The notes: generated by a model not told the origin, from the letters alone. A DNA stretch of 64,000 bases from an uncultured candidate division Zixibacteria bacterium (GCA_963806185.1 CAWDXE010000001.1:96001-160000); one strand, 5' to 3'; shown: positions 52,677 through 63,345, counted from the stretch's first letter. Translations and numbers: made by a program.

Positions 52677-54520
52677 AAACCATGCGCATCTCTTCCGGGC
52701 TCATAATCATCGTCGCGACCTTCGCCGCCTTCATGCCCGCCCTGGCTCAATCCAACCAGCCGGTGCAAGTGGAAAAACCGGTGACAGTGCAGCCGGCCGA
52801 CGGCGATGAACGGCTCAATACGGCCCGAACGCTCATGCGCCAGACCCAATGGCAGGCGGCCTCCGCCCTTCTCGAAGAACTATACCAGCAGGATCCGGAC
52901 AATAATCTCGTCCAGAATCTTCTCAAACAGTGCTACGATCAATTGAAGTATTACGGCAAATCCGAAATCCTGACCCGCCGTCTCATCGAAAAGAACTCAC
53001 AGAACTACTACCTCTTCATTGATCTGGCCGAATTGCTCGTCAAACAGGGTCAATCTGATTCCGCCCTCACCGTGTATCGCTACGCCTTCAAAATCCTCAG
53101 CGACATGAATCCGGAACTGGCCAACAGCGTCATCTTGTCGCTTATGGACAACGGGCTCGATCAGCCGGCCCTGAAAATGATCGATTCCCTGCGCCTGGCT
53201 CGGAATAATCCTACTCTCTTCGCTATCGAGCGCGCCCAATCATTCGAACGTCAACGCCTTTATGCCGATGCCGTCAAAGAGTACCTGCCCCTGCTCGACG
53301 TGGATACCAGCGGCAAGAGCATAGAGGCCGAACGCCGCCTGCTCGCCCTGCTCGATTTCCCTGAATCGGCCGCCCCGGTCGAGAAGGCGTTGCTCGCCCA
53401 GGTCTCATCAATATCCGGACGAAAAGTGCTGGGCCTTCTTTCTGCCCAATACATCAAATCCGGTCGCTATGACGAGGCTTTTACCTTTGCCGTCCGCCAG
53501 GATTCGGTGGAACAATCCAAGGGGCTTGCGCTCCTCCAGTATATGCGGCAATGCCAGGATCGCCACGCTTGGCCTCAGGTCGTGAAAATGGGCAAATACC
53601 TGACCACGGCTTACCCCAACGCCCCGTTCGCGACCGAAGCTGCGTTTCGCTACGGCGACGCGCTGGCCGAAAGCGGGAGCTGGGATGACGCTATCGACGC
53701 CTATCATGAAGTCATCGCGAAATCTCCCATCGACGCCGACAAGTCCGAAGCGCTCTACAAAATCGCCGCGATCTTCGCCGATCGGATGCACAATTGCGAA
53801 GTCGCGCTTGTTTACTACGACTCAGTGCTGGCGGTCCCCACCCGGACGATGAGTTTCATTCAAGCGCAGATGGGCAAGCCGTACTGCTACCTGCAACTGG
53901 GTCGGCTGGACGAAGCTGAAACTGGCTTCTCCGCGCTTATCGGCTCCACGGGCAGTGACGAATCCGAAGAAGAAATCGCCTATAATCTGGCCATGCTCAA
54001 GCTGTACACCGGCCAATACGATTCCGCCGACGTCGCCCTCCGTCGATTGATGGTCAACTATCCGCGCGGGTTTTATGTCAATGACGCCCTGCAATTGGTC
54101 GCTTTGCTGGGCGACGCCAAAGGCCAGACAGATTTGATCGGGGATTTCGCGGCTGCTCTGCTCTATATGGAAAGACAAATGCCCGATTCGGCCCGGGCCC
54201 AACTCCAGCGCCTGGTCGACAATCCGTCCCCCACGCTGGCCGATATCGCTTTGTATCGCCTCGCCGGCCTGCAGCTGACGACGGGCGATTCAACCTCGGC
54301 ACTCGGCTACTTGGATAAACTGACATCCGAACACGCCGATTCGTATTTTGCACCTTGGGGAATGAAAATAAAAGCGGACATCCTGATTCGGCGCCCGGCT
54401 ACTTTCGAACAGGGAAAAACTCTGTACCGCACCCTGCTCGAATCGTTTCCGAACTATCCGTTCATTTCGGACGTCCGCAAAAGACTCCGCCAACTGGAAG
54501 AGGGGTCCCGAATCGGTTAA
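52673..54520 (+). CDS. Exported tetratricopeptide-repeat protein
   Basis: Signal peptide; repeated TPR helices; ATGA overlap with the upstream gene. Confidence 0.85.
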   Translation: MKTMRISSGLIIIVATFAAFMPALAQSNQPVQVEKPVTVQPADGDERLNTARTLMRQTQWQAASALLEELYQQDPDNNLVQNLLKQCYDQLKYYGKSEILTRRLIEKNSQNYYLFIDLAELLVKQGQSDSALTVYRYAFKILSDMNPELANSVILSLMDNGLDQPALKMIDSLRLARNNPTLFAIERAQSFERQRLYADAVKEYLPLLDVDTSGKSIEAERRLLALLDFPESAAPVEKALLAQVSSISGRKVLGLLSAQYIKSGRYDEAFTFAVRQDSVEQSKGLALLQYMRQCQDRHAWPQVVKMGKYLTTAYPNAPFATEAAFRYGDALAESGSWDDAIDAYHEVIAKSPIDADKSEALYKIAAIFADRMHNCEVALVYYDSVLAVPTRTMSFIQAQMGKPYCYLQLGRLDEAETGFSALIGSTGSDESEEEIAYNLAMLKLYTGQYDSADVALRRLMVNYPRGFYVNDALQLVALLGDAKGQTDLIGDFAAALLYMERQMPDSARAQLQRLVDNPSPTLADIALYRLAGLQLTTGDSTSALGYLDKLTSEHADSYFAPWGMKIKADILIRRPATFEQGKTLYRTLLESFPNYPFISDVRKRLRQLEEGSRIG

Positions 54521-54765
54521 TATTCCTGCAGTTTCTGGTGGGCCTGCTTCAGAACGTTAACCTGCTGCTCGAGATTGAATATCCGATTCTCGTATGATTC
54601 CAGCTTCCGCTGTCTTTGCTTGGTCGTGGTTCGAACCAACAACCCCAGTGATATAAGTAAAAAGAGAACCGAGTTGAGCTGGCGAAAGATCTCGCCCATG
54701 TTGACAATGGAATCCCAGAATGCCAACAAACCCAGACCAAAGAGTACCGCGCACCATACAAACAT
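54517..54765 (-). CDS. Small membrane protein with coiled-coil tail, 82 aa
   Basis: RBS AAGGAG; two TM helices followed by a heptad tail. Confidence 0.7.
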   Translation of the reverse strand: MFVWCAVLFGLGLLAFWDSIVNMGEIFRQLNSVLFLLISLGLLVRTTTKQRQRKLESYENRIFNLEQQVNVLKQAHQKLQEY

Positions 54766-54920
54766 TGGATCATCTCCTTATCATCCAGCCGGTTTGAGGG
54801 CTGTTTCACTCCAACAAATGGGCTTGCCGGGAACCTAACGATGCTGTTTATTCGCTTGGTCAGAGACCTCCCGGTTTCTGTATATATCGGAGTTGATAGT
54901 TAATTATTTAGGAGGACTCA

Positions 54921-57701
54921 GTGCCCGCTTTTGGACAATTTCGCAATACCTCCATCGATAGATGGCACATCTTCACCGCCGCCGTCGTCTTTGTCGTCTC
55001 GTTCATCGTCTACCTGATGACCGTCCAACAAACGCTGTCGTTTTGGGATTGCGGCGAATTCCTGGCCTGTTCCAATATCCTGGGCATCCCTCATCCCCCG
55101 GGCACTCCGCTCTTCGTCCTCATCGGCCGGCTCTTCACTTTCTATCCGTTTGTGACCGATCTCTGCCACCGCCTCAACATGATCTCGGTCATCACGTCGA
55201 CCTTCACCGCCCTCTTCAGCTACCTGCTGGGCGCTCGCCTGATTCGGTACATGTTTAACGGCGACGTGAACAGCGGCCTTTCGCGTTTCATCACCTATGT
55301 CGGAGCCGCCGCCGGCGCGTTTTTTGTCGCTTTCGGCTACACCAACTGGGGCAACGCGATCGAAGCGGAAGTGTACGGACTCGCCCTCGCCCTGTCAGTC
55401 CTCATAATTTATCTGGCGGTGCTCTTTTATGAACAGCGCGGTACTCCTCAGGCGGCCGTCTATATGAACCTCGCCATGTACCTCGCCATGCTCGGTATCG
55501 GGGTCCACATGACCGTCTATCTGGTCGTCCCTGCCGCCGCAATTATCTTCATGCTCAACGCCGACGCCACCCGACGCGACTTCATCTACATCTGCAGTTT
55601 CATCATCATGGAACTCCTGCTGATTCTCGCTTTTGCCAACGGCCGCGGCGGCTCCGGCATGTTCTATCTCGTGAGTACCGTACTCGGTTTTGTCCTGCTG
55701 ATCCTTCTCTTTCGTAAAATCAATTGGCCGATCGCCCTGGCCATCGGCATTTTGTCGGTAGTCATGATCGCCTTTTCGGACTTTCTGAAGATTCTCCCCT
55801 TCGGTGTCCTGGCTCTCCTCGTGCTCGGCTATTTCTCTCACAAATACAATCTGCGACTCCAGTGGAAATCCGCGCTGGCCATGGTCATCATTTGCGTCAT
55901 CGGCTTCTCGGTACACCTCTACTTGCCGATTCGCTCGGAGCACAGCCCGCGCATCGATGAAAACCATCCCGCGCGCGATTACCGCACCTTCATCAACTTC
56001 CTCGATCGCAAGCAATACGGCTCAGAATCGATGGTTGATCGCATGTTTCATCGACGCGGTGAACTTTCCAACCAGTTCGGCCGTCACGCCAACATGGGCT
56101 TCTGGTCATACTTCGAATTCCAGTGGTCCCCAGGGTACTGGAGCTTCGTTCCCTTCCTCCTGCTCGGACTATACGGCCTCTACGTCGCCATTCGCAAACG
56201 CCTGGAACTGGGGCTCCCTTTTCTTGTCCTGATCTTACTCGCTTCCGTCGGCCTTATTCTCTACATGAATTTCGCCGACGGCACGCAATACGATCCCCGC
56301 ACCACCGACGCTTATCTCGAAGTGCGCAATCGTGACTACTTCTTCACACCGGCTTTCGTGTTTTTCGGTATCGCCATGGGACTCGGCGTGGCCGGGGTGA
56401 TGCAGACCCTGCGCGAGTACTTCGGCAAGTCGGGCGAGAAGACTCAGAAAGCAGCCGTCTTTGCCGCCGGCATTCTTGTGTTCCTCCCCTGCGTCTCGCT
56501 CGGCCACAATTGGTATTTCAACGACCGGTCCAACAACAAGCTCCCCTACCTGTACGCGAAGAATCTGCTCGACACTTGCGAGCCAAACGCGATTCTCTTC
56601 ACCTCCGGCGACAACGACACCTTCCCCGTCTGGTGCGTGCAGGAAGTCTACAACTATCGTAAGGACGTTCGCGTTGTCAATCTATCCCTGCTCAACACCG
56701 ACTGGTACGTCCTCCAGATGAAAGAGCAGTACAACGTCCCCATCTCGCTCACCCCGGAACAGATTCTCTGGGTTCCCCTGGGCGAAAACGAAGAGGATGG
56801 CGTCCGTCCCGTCAAACCCTTCGATGATCGCCCGCGCCGACGGTCAGCGTATCTGATCCCCAACGGCTGGAATGGCAAGTTGTGCAAAGTCCAGGATATG
56901 ATGGTTGACGAAATCGTGATCGAAAACGCCGCCGCCGGCTGGCGCGACCCGATCTATTTCAGCGCTCCGCCTTACGGCGATTCGCCGCTCAAATTGCGCG
57001 AGCGCGCGCAGATGGTCGGCATGGCCTATAAGCTCGAGAAGGATATCGTCGCCAAACCGGTGAACACCAGCCGCGGGTACGATCTGTTCATGAACACCTA
57101 CAGCCTCGAAGGACTGCAAAATCCGGGTGTCTATCGCGATGATAACGCCACCGGCGTCTTTCAGGGTATCGGCGTCGCTTCCACGCGAGTGGCCGAGGAA
57201 CTGCTCGGCGAAAATCTCCCCGCCGCCACCGATTCGGGGCTGGCGATTCTGAATCACATGGTCAAGGTCTATCCCGAGTACTGGCAGAGCTACCTGGTCC
57301 TCGCCGAGCACTATGAAAAGCTCGGTGACACCACCAGAGCCGATTCGGTCCAGCAACTCCTGCATTCGACCCTCGCCGCCTTCCGGCAAAAAGATCCGAC
57401 CAACCTCATCTGGATGCAGGATTTTGGCCTCGCCAAGCTGGATATCAGCCGGCGCACCAAGAATGCGGCTATGGCTGACGACGCCATCGCGCTGCTCTGG
57501 GAGTCGTTTAACGCCAATCCCAATAACTCTATTTCGTTCCGCAAGCTGATTTCCGGCCTCTCTCAGGTGGGACGAAACAGCGAGTTGGTGCGCGCCGCAC
57601 AAATGCACGCTCAGTATAAGATCAACGCCAACGATCCGTATCTGAACAGCATCCTCGGTCGCCAGCCGACGGGACCGCAAGCCAATCCTGACGACCTGTA
57701 A
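54921..57701 (+). CDS. DUF2723 / TMEM260-like GT-C glycosyltransferase
   Basis: FWDCGEF, GIPHPPGTPL, EAEVY, RNRDYFF, GDNDTFP, VRVVNLSLL; many TM helices; RBS AGGAGG. Confidence 0.88.
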   Translation: MPAFGQFRNTSIDRWHIFTAAVVFVVSFIVYLMTVQQTLSFWDCGEFLACSNILGIPHPPGTPLFVLIGRLFTFYPFVTDLCHRLNMISVITSTFTALFSYLLGARLIRYMFNGDVNSGLSRFITYVGAAAGAFFVAFGYTNWGNAIEAEVYGLALALSVLIIYLAVLFYEQRGTPQAAVYMNLAMYLAMLGIGVHMTVYLVVPAAAIIFMLNADATRRDFIYICSFIIMELLLILAFANGRGGSGMFYLVSTVLGFVLLILLFRKINWPIALAIGILSVVMIAFSDFLKILPFGVLALLVLGYFSHKYNLRLQWKSALAMVIICVIGFSVHLYLPIRSEHSPRIDENHPARDYRTFINFLDRKQYGSESMVDRMFHRRGELSNQFGRHANMGFWSYFEFQWSPGYWSFVPFLLLGLYGLYVAIRKRLELGLPFLVLILLASVGLILYMNFADGTQYDPRTTDAYLEVRNRDYFFTPAFVFFGIAMGLGVAGVMQTLREYFGKSGEKTQKAAVFAAGILVFLPCVSLGHNWYFNDRSNNKLPYLYAKNLLDTCEPNAILFTSGDNDTFPVWCVQEVYNYRKDVRVVNLSLLNTDWYVLQMKEQYNVPISLTPEQILWVPLGENEEDGVRPVKPFDDRPRRRSAYLIPNGWNGKLCKVQDMMVDEIVIENAAAGWRDPIYFSAPPYGDSPLKLRERAQMVGMAYKLEKDIVAKPVNTSRGYDLFMNTYSLEGLQNPGVYRDDNATGVFQGIGVASTRVAEELLGENLPAATDSGLAILNHMVKVYPEYWQSYLVLAEHYEKLGDTTRADSVQQLLHSTLAAFRQKDPTNLIWMQDFGLAKLDISRRTKNAAMADDAIALLWESFNANPNNSISFRKLISGLSQVGRNSELVRAAQMHAQYKINANDPYLNSILGRQPTGPQANPDDL

Positions 57702-57722
57702 CCGGGCCGCCAAATGAAACAA

Positions 57723-57752
57723 AGGCTCGGTGACTTTCCGGTCACCGAGCCT
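57723..57752. terminator. Hairpin between convergent genes
   Basis: AGGCTCGGTGAC-TTTCCG-GTCACCGAGCCT. Confidence 0.8.
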
Positions 57753-57778
57753 CTTATTTTCCAGCGCAGGATCTAATG

Positions 57779-58282
57779 TCACCCGTGAAGGCGATACCCC
57801 TGACGACGACGGTAGGAACCGTCGACCATATCCATCATCTTCTCCTCCACAAAATCGCTGCGCACCGCTTCGAAATCCGCGTTGAACCGACCAATAATCC
57901 GGTCGACCTCCTGCTGCGAATACGACCGGTTTGGCTCAAACTGCGCCAGGATGTACTCAAGCAGATACTTCCGCTTGGTCCGCGCTGCCGGTCGAAGCGC
58001 GTGCAGCTCTTCGCCGTCCCCCGGAACAGCGGCCTCGATCGCCCGCGGCCCGCCCAACAGCGTCAACCGCGTCAACCCGCCGTTCCGTTTATTGGAATTG
58101 CGCTCCAGCCAATCGACTACCGACTGCTCCGGAATGCGCCACTCCTTCCCGATCTTGTACGCGGCGATTTCACCCGCCTGTACTTTGCGCGTAATAACCT
58201 GAACGTTCATTTTGAGCTTTTCCGCCAATTCCGAGGTGGTAAAAAACTCCGTTTGACGAATCGTTGTATCGTGTCCTTCCAT
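57779..58282 (-). CDS. Excisionase-like HTH (HTH_17) fused to a DUF2087-like domain
   Basis: FTTSELAEKL..GEIAAYKIGKEWRI at the N-terminus; KRKYLL..FEPNRSYSQQEV..D..VRSDFVE..GSYRR at the C-terminus. Confidence 0.75.
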   Translation of the reverse strand: MEGHDTTIRQTEFFTTSELAEKLKMNVQVITRKVQAGEIAAYKIGKEWRIPEQSVVDWLERNSNKRNGGLTRLTLLGGPRAIEAAVPGDGEELHALRPAARTKRKYLLEYILAQFEPNRSYSQQEVDRIIGRFNADFEAVRSDFVEEKMMDMVDGSYRRRQGYRLHG

Positions 58283-58439
58283 GGATCAGCCTCAAATAAG
58301 CAGTGATGCTAAAACAGTAAGGCGAAGGTATAGCGTACTGTTGAGGAGAATCAACTATTTGTTATGCGCTTGTCATATTTTTCTGTATCCGGCGACTCAA
58401 TGTTGACAGCTTGTATGGCACACTACTTATTGCCGCCCT

Positions 58440-59294
58440 ATGACTGCCCTCCTCTACGTCCTCCTCTGTCTCATCTGGGGTTCAACCTGGCTCGCCATCA
58501 AGATCGGCCTCGAAGCCGCCCCGCCGCTCTGGACAGCCAGCCTCCGTTTTGCCCTCTCCGTGGCGGTTCTTGCGGTCATCGTGGCGGTTCGACACAGCAA
58601 GTACCCGGCCACCTGGCGTGAACGACTCCGCCTGGGCTACCCTGGACTTTTCATGTACGGCGGCTCGTACGCGCTTGTCTACTTCGCCGAACAGCGCATC
58701 AATTCCGCGCTCGCCGCCGTCCTGTTCGGCTCCTTTCCCTTCTTCGTCGCCATTCTGTCGCTTGTTTACCTCAAACACGAGCGAATGTCCTGGCGCGCCT
58801 GGCTGGGTATGGTGATCGGCTTCGCCGGAGTCGTGGTCATTTCTCTCGATTCCATGCAGACCTCGGACGATATGTTCCTCGGCTCGTTGCTATTGCTCTG
58901 CGGCGTCACGTTTTCAGCATACGGCCTGGTCATACACAAGCGCCATCACGCGCAGAAGGATGTCTTTGTTTCGGCCACCGTTCAGATGACCCTCGGGGGA
59001 ACGGCGCTTCTGACCGCGGCCTTTCTCTTTGAAGACTTCTCATCCTTCACTCTGTCCCGCGAGGCGATTGGCTCGATCCTGTTTCTCTCGCTCTTCGGGA
59101 CTGTCTTCGCCTTCAGTGCCTACTATTACCTTCTGCAGCGAATGTCGGCCTTTGCCACGTCGCTCATCGCGCTGGTGACACCTCTCGTGGCTATTGTGCT
59201 CGGCCTCTATTTCGCGGGTGAGTCGTTGACCATCCCTATCTACGCCGGGGCCGGCCTGATTTTGACCGGCGTGGCGCTCGGAAATACCAAATAA
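58440..59294 (+). CDS. EamA/DMT family transporter
   Basis: IWGSTWLAIK, about ten TM helices in two repeats, LVTPLVA..GE. Confidence 0.92.
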   Translation: MTALLYVLLCLIWGSTWLAIKIGLEAAPPLWTASLRFALSVAVLAVIVAVRHSKYPATWRERLRLGYPGLFMYGGSYALVYFAEQRINSALAAVLFGSFPFFVAILSLVYLKHERMSWRAWLGMVIGFAGVVVISLDSMQTSDDMFLGSLLLLCGVTFSAYGLVIHKRHHAQKDVFVSATVQMTLGGTALLTAAFLFEDFSSFTLSREAIGSILFLSLFGTVFAFSAYYYLLQRMSAFATSLIALVTPLVAIVLGLYFAGESLTIPIYAGAGLILTGVALGNTK

Positions 59295-59316
59295 AAAGCG
59301 CCCCGCCGGGGGCGCT
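59293..59316 (-). terminator. Terminator after pilin A1
   Basis: AGCGCCCC-CGGC-GGGGCGCT followed by a T-tract. Confidence 0.8.
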
Positions 59317-59339
59317 CACATACATCCCTGATTGAAAAA

Positions 59340-59758
59340 TCAAACCGCGGCGTCGTTGATCGTGTTGATGAGATTTCCTGCTTCGTTGATCGTCCAGGTA
59401 TCGAGGGTCGCGTCTTCGTCCAGATTGGCCGTCGCCGTCGCCGTGAAAGCGCATTGGCATTACCGGCAATGCTGTAGGTGTAACGAGCGCCGCTCTGAAG
59501 CTTCAACACCCAGCTGTGGCAGGAATTGGGTGCCGTTACCGTCGCGCCCAGATCGCCGTAAACCTGGTTGGCTTGAAAGTAACTATGCTCCATCGTGTAA
59601 ATTTGCTTCAGCAGTTGTTTGGCTTCTGACTGCTTGGACCGCGACGTTGCGCTCCAGAACCGCGGTATGGCCAGTGCAGCCAGAATACCTATGATGACTA
59701 CCACAATCATCAATTCTATGAGCGTAAATCCCCTTTGATTGAGTGTACGGTTGGACAT
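59340..59758 (-). CDS. pilA: Type IVa major pilin, copy 1 (several indels in the variable region)
   Basis: QRG|FTLIELMIVVVIIGILAALAIPRF; reconstructed C-terminus AFTATATANLDEDATLDTWTINEAGNLINTINDAAV*; RBS GAGGAGG. Confidence 0.85.
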
Positions 59759-59826
59759 CGTGACCTCCTCTATGACGCTGGAAGAACTGATTGACGTACT
59801 GCTCAACTCCGTCGGAGTATTCAATC

Positions 59827-59841
59827 GCAATCCTGATGCCA
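59827..59841 (-). promoter_or_regulatory. sigma54 promoter of pilin A1
   Basis: TGGCAT-CAGGA-TTGC(GATT); IHF-like site at 59888-59900. Confidence 0.8.
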
Positions 59842-60061
59842 TATCGGTGCGAAGATGCATCGGGACACCCACTTTCAAGCCGTTTGTTCTCAGGGGGTTA
59901 TGGAATATCCGATGCCGTTCGTCAGCTTTCAACCCCGCCAATCAATAATGCCGCAGGCAGAATCGCCGCATTTTGCCTCGGCTCGTCTCGATTTGCAATA
60001 GAGTCCTGACCGCATCTTCGATCAATCGTCGCGCTTCATTCCCAGACAAGGAATTGAAGAC

Positions 60062-60090
60062 AAAAAAAAGCGCCCAAGGAAGGGCGCTTT
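60062..60090 (-). terminator. Terminator after pilin A2
   Basis: AAAGCGCCC-TTCCTT-GGGCGCTTTTTTTT. Confidence 0.85.
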
Positions 60091-60113
60091 GTATCACATG
60101 ATGTTTCGCTACA

Positions 60114-60531
60114 TCAAGCAGTGGCATCGTTGATCGTGCAGATCAGAGCACCGGCCTCATTGATGGTCCAGGTGTCGACCGTTGCGTCGTCGTCAAGGTT
60201 CGCAGTAGCCGTCGCGGTAAACGTATTCGCGTTGCCGGCAATGGCTATACGAATAGCGGGCGCCAGTCGAGATCTCGACGCCGATCAGCGGGAAGGACCC
60301 GGAGCCGACCAACGGTCACACCAAGATCACCATAAGTGTCTTGGCCTGCTTGTAGCTGTGTTCCATGGTATAGATCTGCTTCAAAAGCTGCTTCGCTTCC
60401 GACTGCTTCGAACGAGTCGACGCGGTCATGAAACGCGGAATGGCCAAAGAAGCCAGAATACCAATGATGACCACAACGATCATCAACTCGATAAGGGTGA
60501 AGCCCTTGCGGTTGTGCATACGATTGAACAT
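60114..60531 (-). CDS. pilA: Type IVa major pilin, copy 2 (about three indels)
   Basis: RKG|FTLIELMIVVVIIGILASLAIPRF; reconstructed C-terminus GARYSYSIAGNANTFTATATANLDDDATVDTWTINEAGALICTINDATA*; RBS AGGAGG. Confidence 0.85.
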
Positions 60532-60601
60532 GAGAGACCTCCTCTACGCGTTACCTGTTAGGTTCTAGTTTTCGTTTTCAGTTCCGTCCGGCTAGGTAAT
60601 C

Positions 60602-60616
60602 GCAAGCCCAATGCCA
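60602..60616 (-). promoter_or_regulatory. sigma54 promoter of pilin A2
   Basis: TGGCAT-TGGGC-TTGC(GATT); IHF-like AAACAACAGGTTA at 60667-60679. Confidence 0.8.
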
Positions 60617-60860
60617 ACCCGGTACGCAGGTTTCGAACAGCCCACGCCGCAGCCTAAATCGCTGTGAAACAACAGGTTAGAGAGCTCCATGAAAATCCCC
60701 GCGCCCGGCGCCCACCCAACCGGGAAATATTTGCTCCCCCGAATTTTCAGGGCGATTTGCCCGCACTCTTGCATTTTGCAATATGCAATCTCCCCTGCCC
60801 CGCTCCGCCGGACATTTATCCTTTTGACCGATTACCCCCCGTGCTATATTCGCGACGCTT

Positions 60861-61887
60861 ATGTCAACTCACCACCAGCCTAAACTCGATTTTGCCGCCG
60901 GGCTCGATTTCAGCCAGATTCTCACCAACCCGATTCTGGATATCGCTGCCCGGGTCTGGGCCGATGATCGCTATCTGGCGTTCCAGACCTTCTATCGTTC
61001 CATGCGCCGAATCGACGATCTGGTCGACCACCGCAAGGCCGGCGGCCAGCCCCTTTCCCCGGTCGAGGCCGATCAATTTGAACGGGTCGTAGTCGGCTGG
61101 CTCGATTCAGTTGAGCGACATCAGGCCGAAGACCTGTTCCAGAAAGAGTTCCTCACGACTCTGGAGCAATTCGCCGTCCCCGTTTGGCCCTGGCAACGAC
61201 TCTGCACGGCGATGATCTACGACCTCCGTCATAACGGCTTCACCACCTTCCATCGGTTCCTGCGCTACGCCGAGGGTGCCTCGATCGCCCCGGCCGCCGT
61301 CTTTATGCACTTGTGTGGTTTGCGGCAGAACCGCTGATGGCGCCAAACCGCCAACTTTTGACATCAGGGCGGCCGCTCGACCGCTGGCCATATTCTCTTA
61401 TCTGGTACATATCCTGCGGGATTGGCGGAAGGACCACCGCCAACGGCTTAATTATTTCAGCGACGACATCCTGGACGCCTGCCACATTACTGTCGACGAA
61501 ATCCGGACAATCGCGGATACGGGCGCCGTCACGCCCGAGTTTCGGCCAGCTTGTCTCCGGCTATCGTGCACCTTGGCCGAACAGTATCGCCAGACGGGCG
61601 CGCGCTACGCTCGACCTCACCCTACCTCTCGTCGAGCCTCGGTATCAGCTCAGCCTGGAACTCATCTACCAACTCTATCTGCAGATTTTGAAGGAATTGC
61701 ACCCGACAGCGCTTCCCTGGCCGGCGAGAACCTCGGTCCTTCGCCGGAGGACGTGCAAGGCCGTATCAGCCAAACGATTGCCCAGTTCCGGTCCTTTCGA
61801 GAGTCCCACGGGAAGAAAATGAAGCGGCCGGGGTACTTTGACGTGAGAGACATAAGCGAGATCAGTACAAGTTATGTGTATAAATGA
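60861..61887 (+). CDS. Squalene/phytoene synthase family protein with several frameshifts (3' end uncertain, 61822 or 61887)
   Basis: RRIDDLVD and HILRDWRKD aspartate-rich motifs lie in different overlapping frames. Confidence 0.75.
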
Positions 61888-61904
61888 GAAAGGCTGTACT
61901 ACCT

Positions 61905-63262
61905 ATGAGACAGATAATCCTGACCACTTGCCTGACTCTGGGGCTGGTTGCTGGCAGCCACGGCCAATGAGATCGCCGTGACTATTTACAACAGCAACCT
62001 CGGCGTCGTCAGCGAGGTCCGCTCGCTCGACTTCAAGAAGGGCATCAACCGCCTTGCGTTCACTGACGTGCCCTCGTTAATCGACGCCGCCTCAGTCGGC
62101 TTTGAATTGACCACCCCCGGTCATCGCGTCGTTATCCTCGAACAAAATTATCTCTACGACCTGGTCTCGCCCGAGCAGATGTACTCGCGCTACGTTGACA
62201 AGCAGATCGAACTGATCGACGAGAACGGCAAAGTGTATCGGGGAATACTGCTCAGTTACAGCGGCGGCGCGGTGGTCATTCGCGAGGATAATGGCCGAAC
62301 CAAAATCGTCCGCCTCGACAAAGTCACCGAAGTGAATTTCCCGGACCTGCCTGAAGGTCTGGTCACTCGCCCGACCCTCTTCTGGAATTACAATTCTGAC
62401 GCCGAGGGCAAACTCGACGGCCGGATCAGCTACCAGACCGGCGGCCTCAACTGGAATGCTGAGTATGTCGGCATGCTCGACGCCGGCGAAAACAATCTCG
62501 ACCTCTCCGGCTGGGCCAGCATTAATCAACGAGTCAGGCAAGACCTACGACAACGCCAGACTCAAGCTGATCGCCGGCGACATCTCCCGCATTCAGCCCC
62601 CCATGACGCCCATGATGCGCGCAAAGGGCGTGCTCGAGATGGCGGCCGAAGCGAGTCAGGGATTCGAAGAAAAGGCGTTCTTCGATTATCATCTGTACAC
62701 CCTGCCGCGTCCGGCTACCATTGCCAATCACGAGACCAAACAGATTTCCCTCTTCGACCCCGCCTCTACCGCCGTGACCAAGAAGTATCTCTTCCGTCCC
62801 GAATCTAAACCGGGTGCGGTCGACGTGATCATCAAGTTCACCAATTCCACCAAGGCCGGCCTCGGCATGCCGTTACCCAGCGGGCGGGTACGGATGTTCA
62901 AGTCCGACACCGACGGCTCGGCTGTACTCCTCGGCGAATCGCAAATCGAACATACGCCGAAGGATGAAGAAATCAGCCTCACTGTCGGCACTGCCTTTGA
63001 CATTGTCGCCGAGGACAAGATCGCCGACGCCCGGCGTATTTCCAGCCAGGTCGAAGAACGCGACATCGAAATTGAATTGCGCAATCGCAAGGATACCGAC
63101 GTCTCCGTGTCGATTGAAAAGAAACTCTGGGGCTTCTGGGAAGTGCTCAGCTCCAGCGTGAAATATGAGAAGAAAGATGCCAACACGATTGAGATGAATG
63201 TCCCCGTAAAGGCGGGCGAAAAGCAGACCGTGAAACTCACTGTCCGCTTCACCAATCGCTGA
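61905..63262 (+). CDS. Exported DUF4139 domain protein with two frameshifts (~61950, ~62530)
   Basis: Signal peptide MRQIILTTCLTLGLV; VTIYNSNLGVV, EQNYLYDL, SYQTGGLNW, YHLYTL, LGMPLPSGRVR, G.AFD. Confidence 0.8.
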
Positions 63263-63345
63263 GGCAATGCCGGTTGACAACTCCATATCCCATCCCTTAA
63301 ATTGGGCGCTGCGAATGGGTTGTTGAAATGAATCTAGGAGGTTAT

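Noticed and set aside
57779..58282. Prophage or ICE excisionase
   Set aside because: No integrase, att site or phage genes nearby.
59340..60531. Electrically conductive pilins, or Neisseria pilS-like silent cassettes
   Set aside because: Aromatics at mature positions 1, 24, 50 and 57 but none at 27 or 32; both copies keep a promoter, RBS and full N-terminus, unlike pilS.
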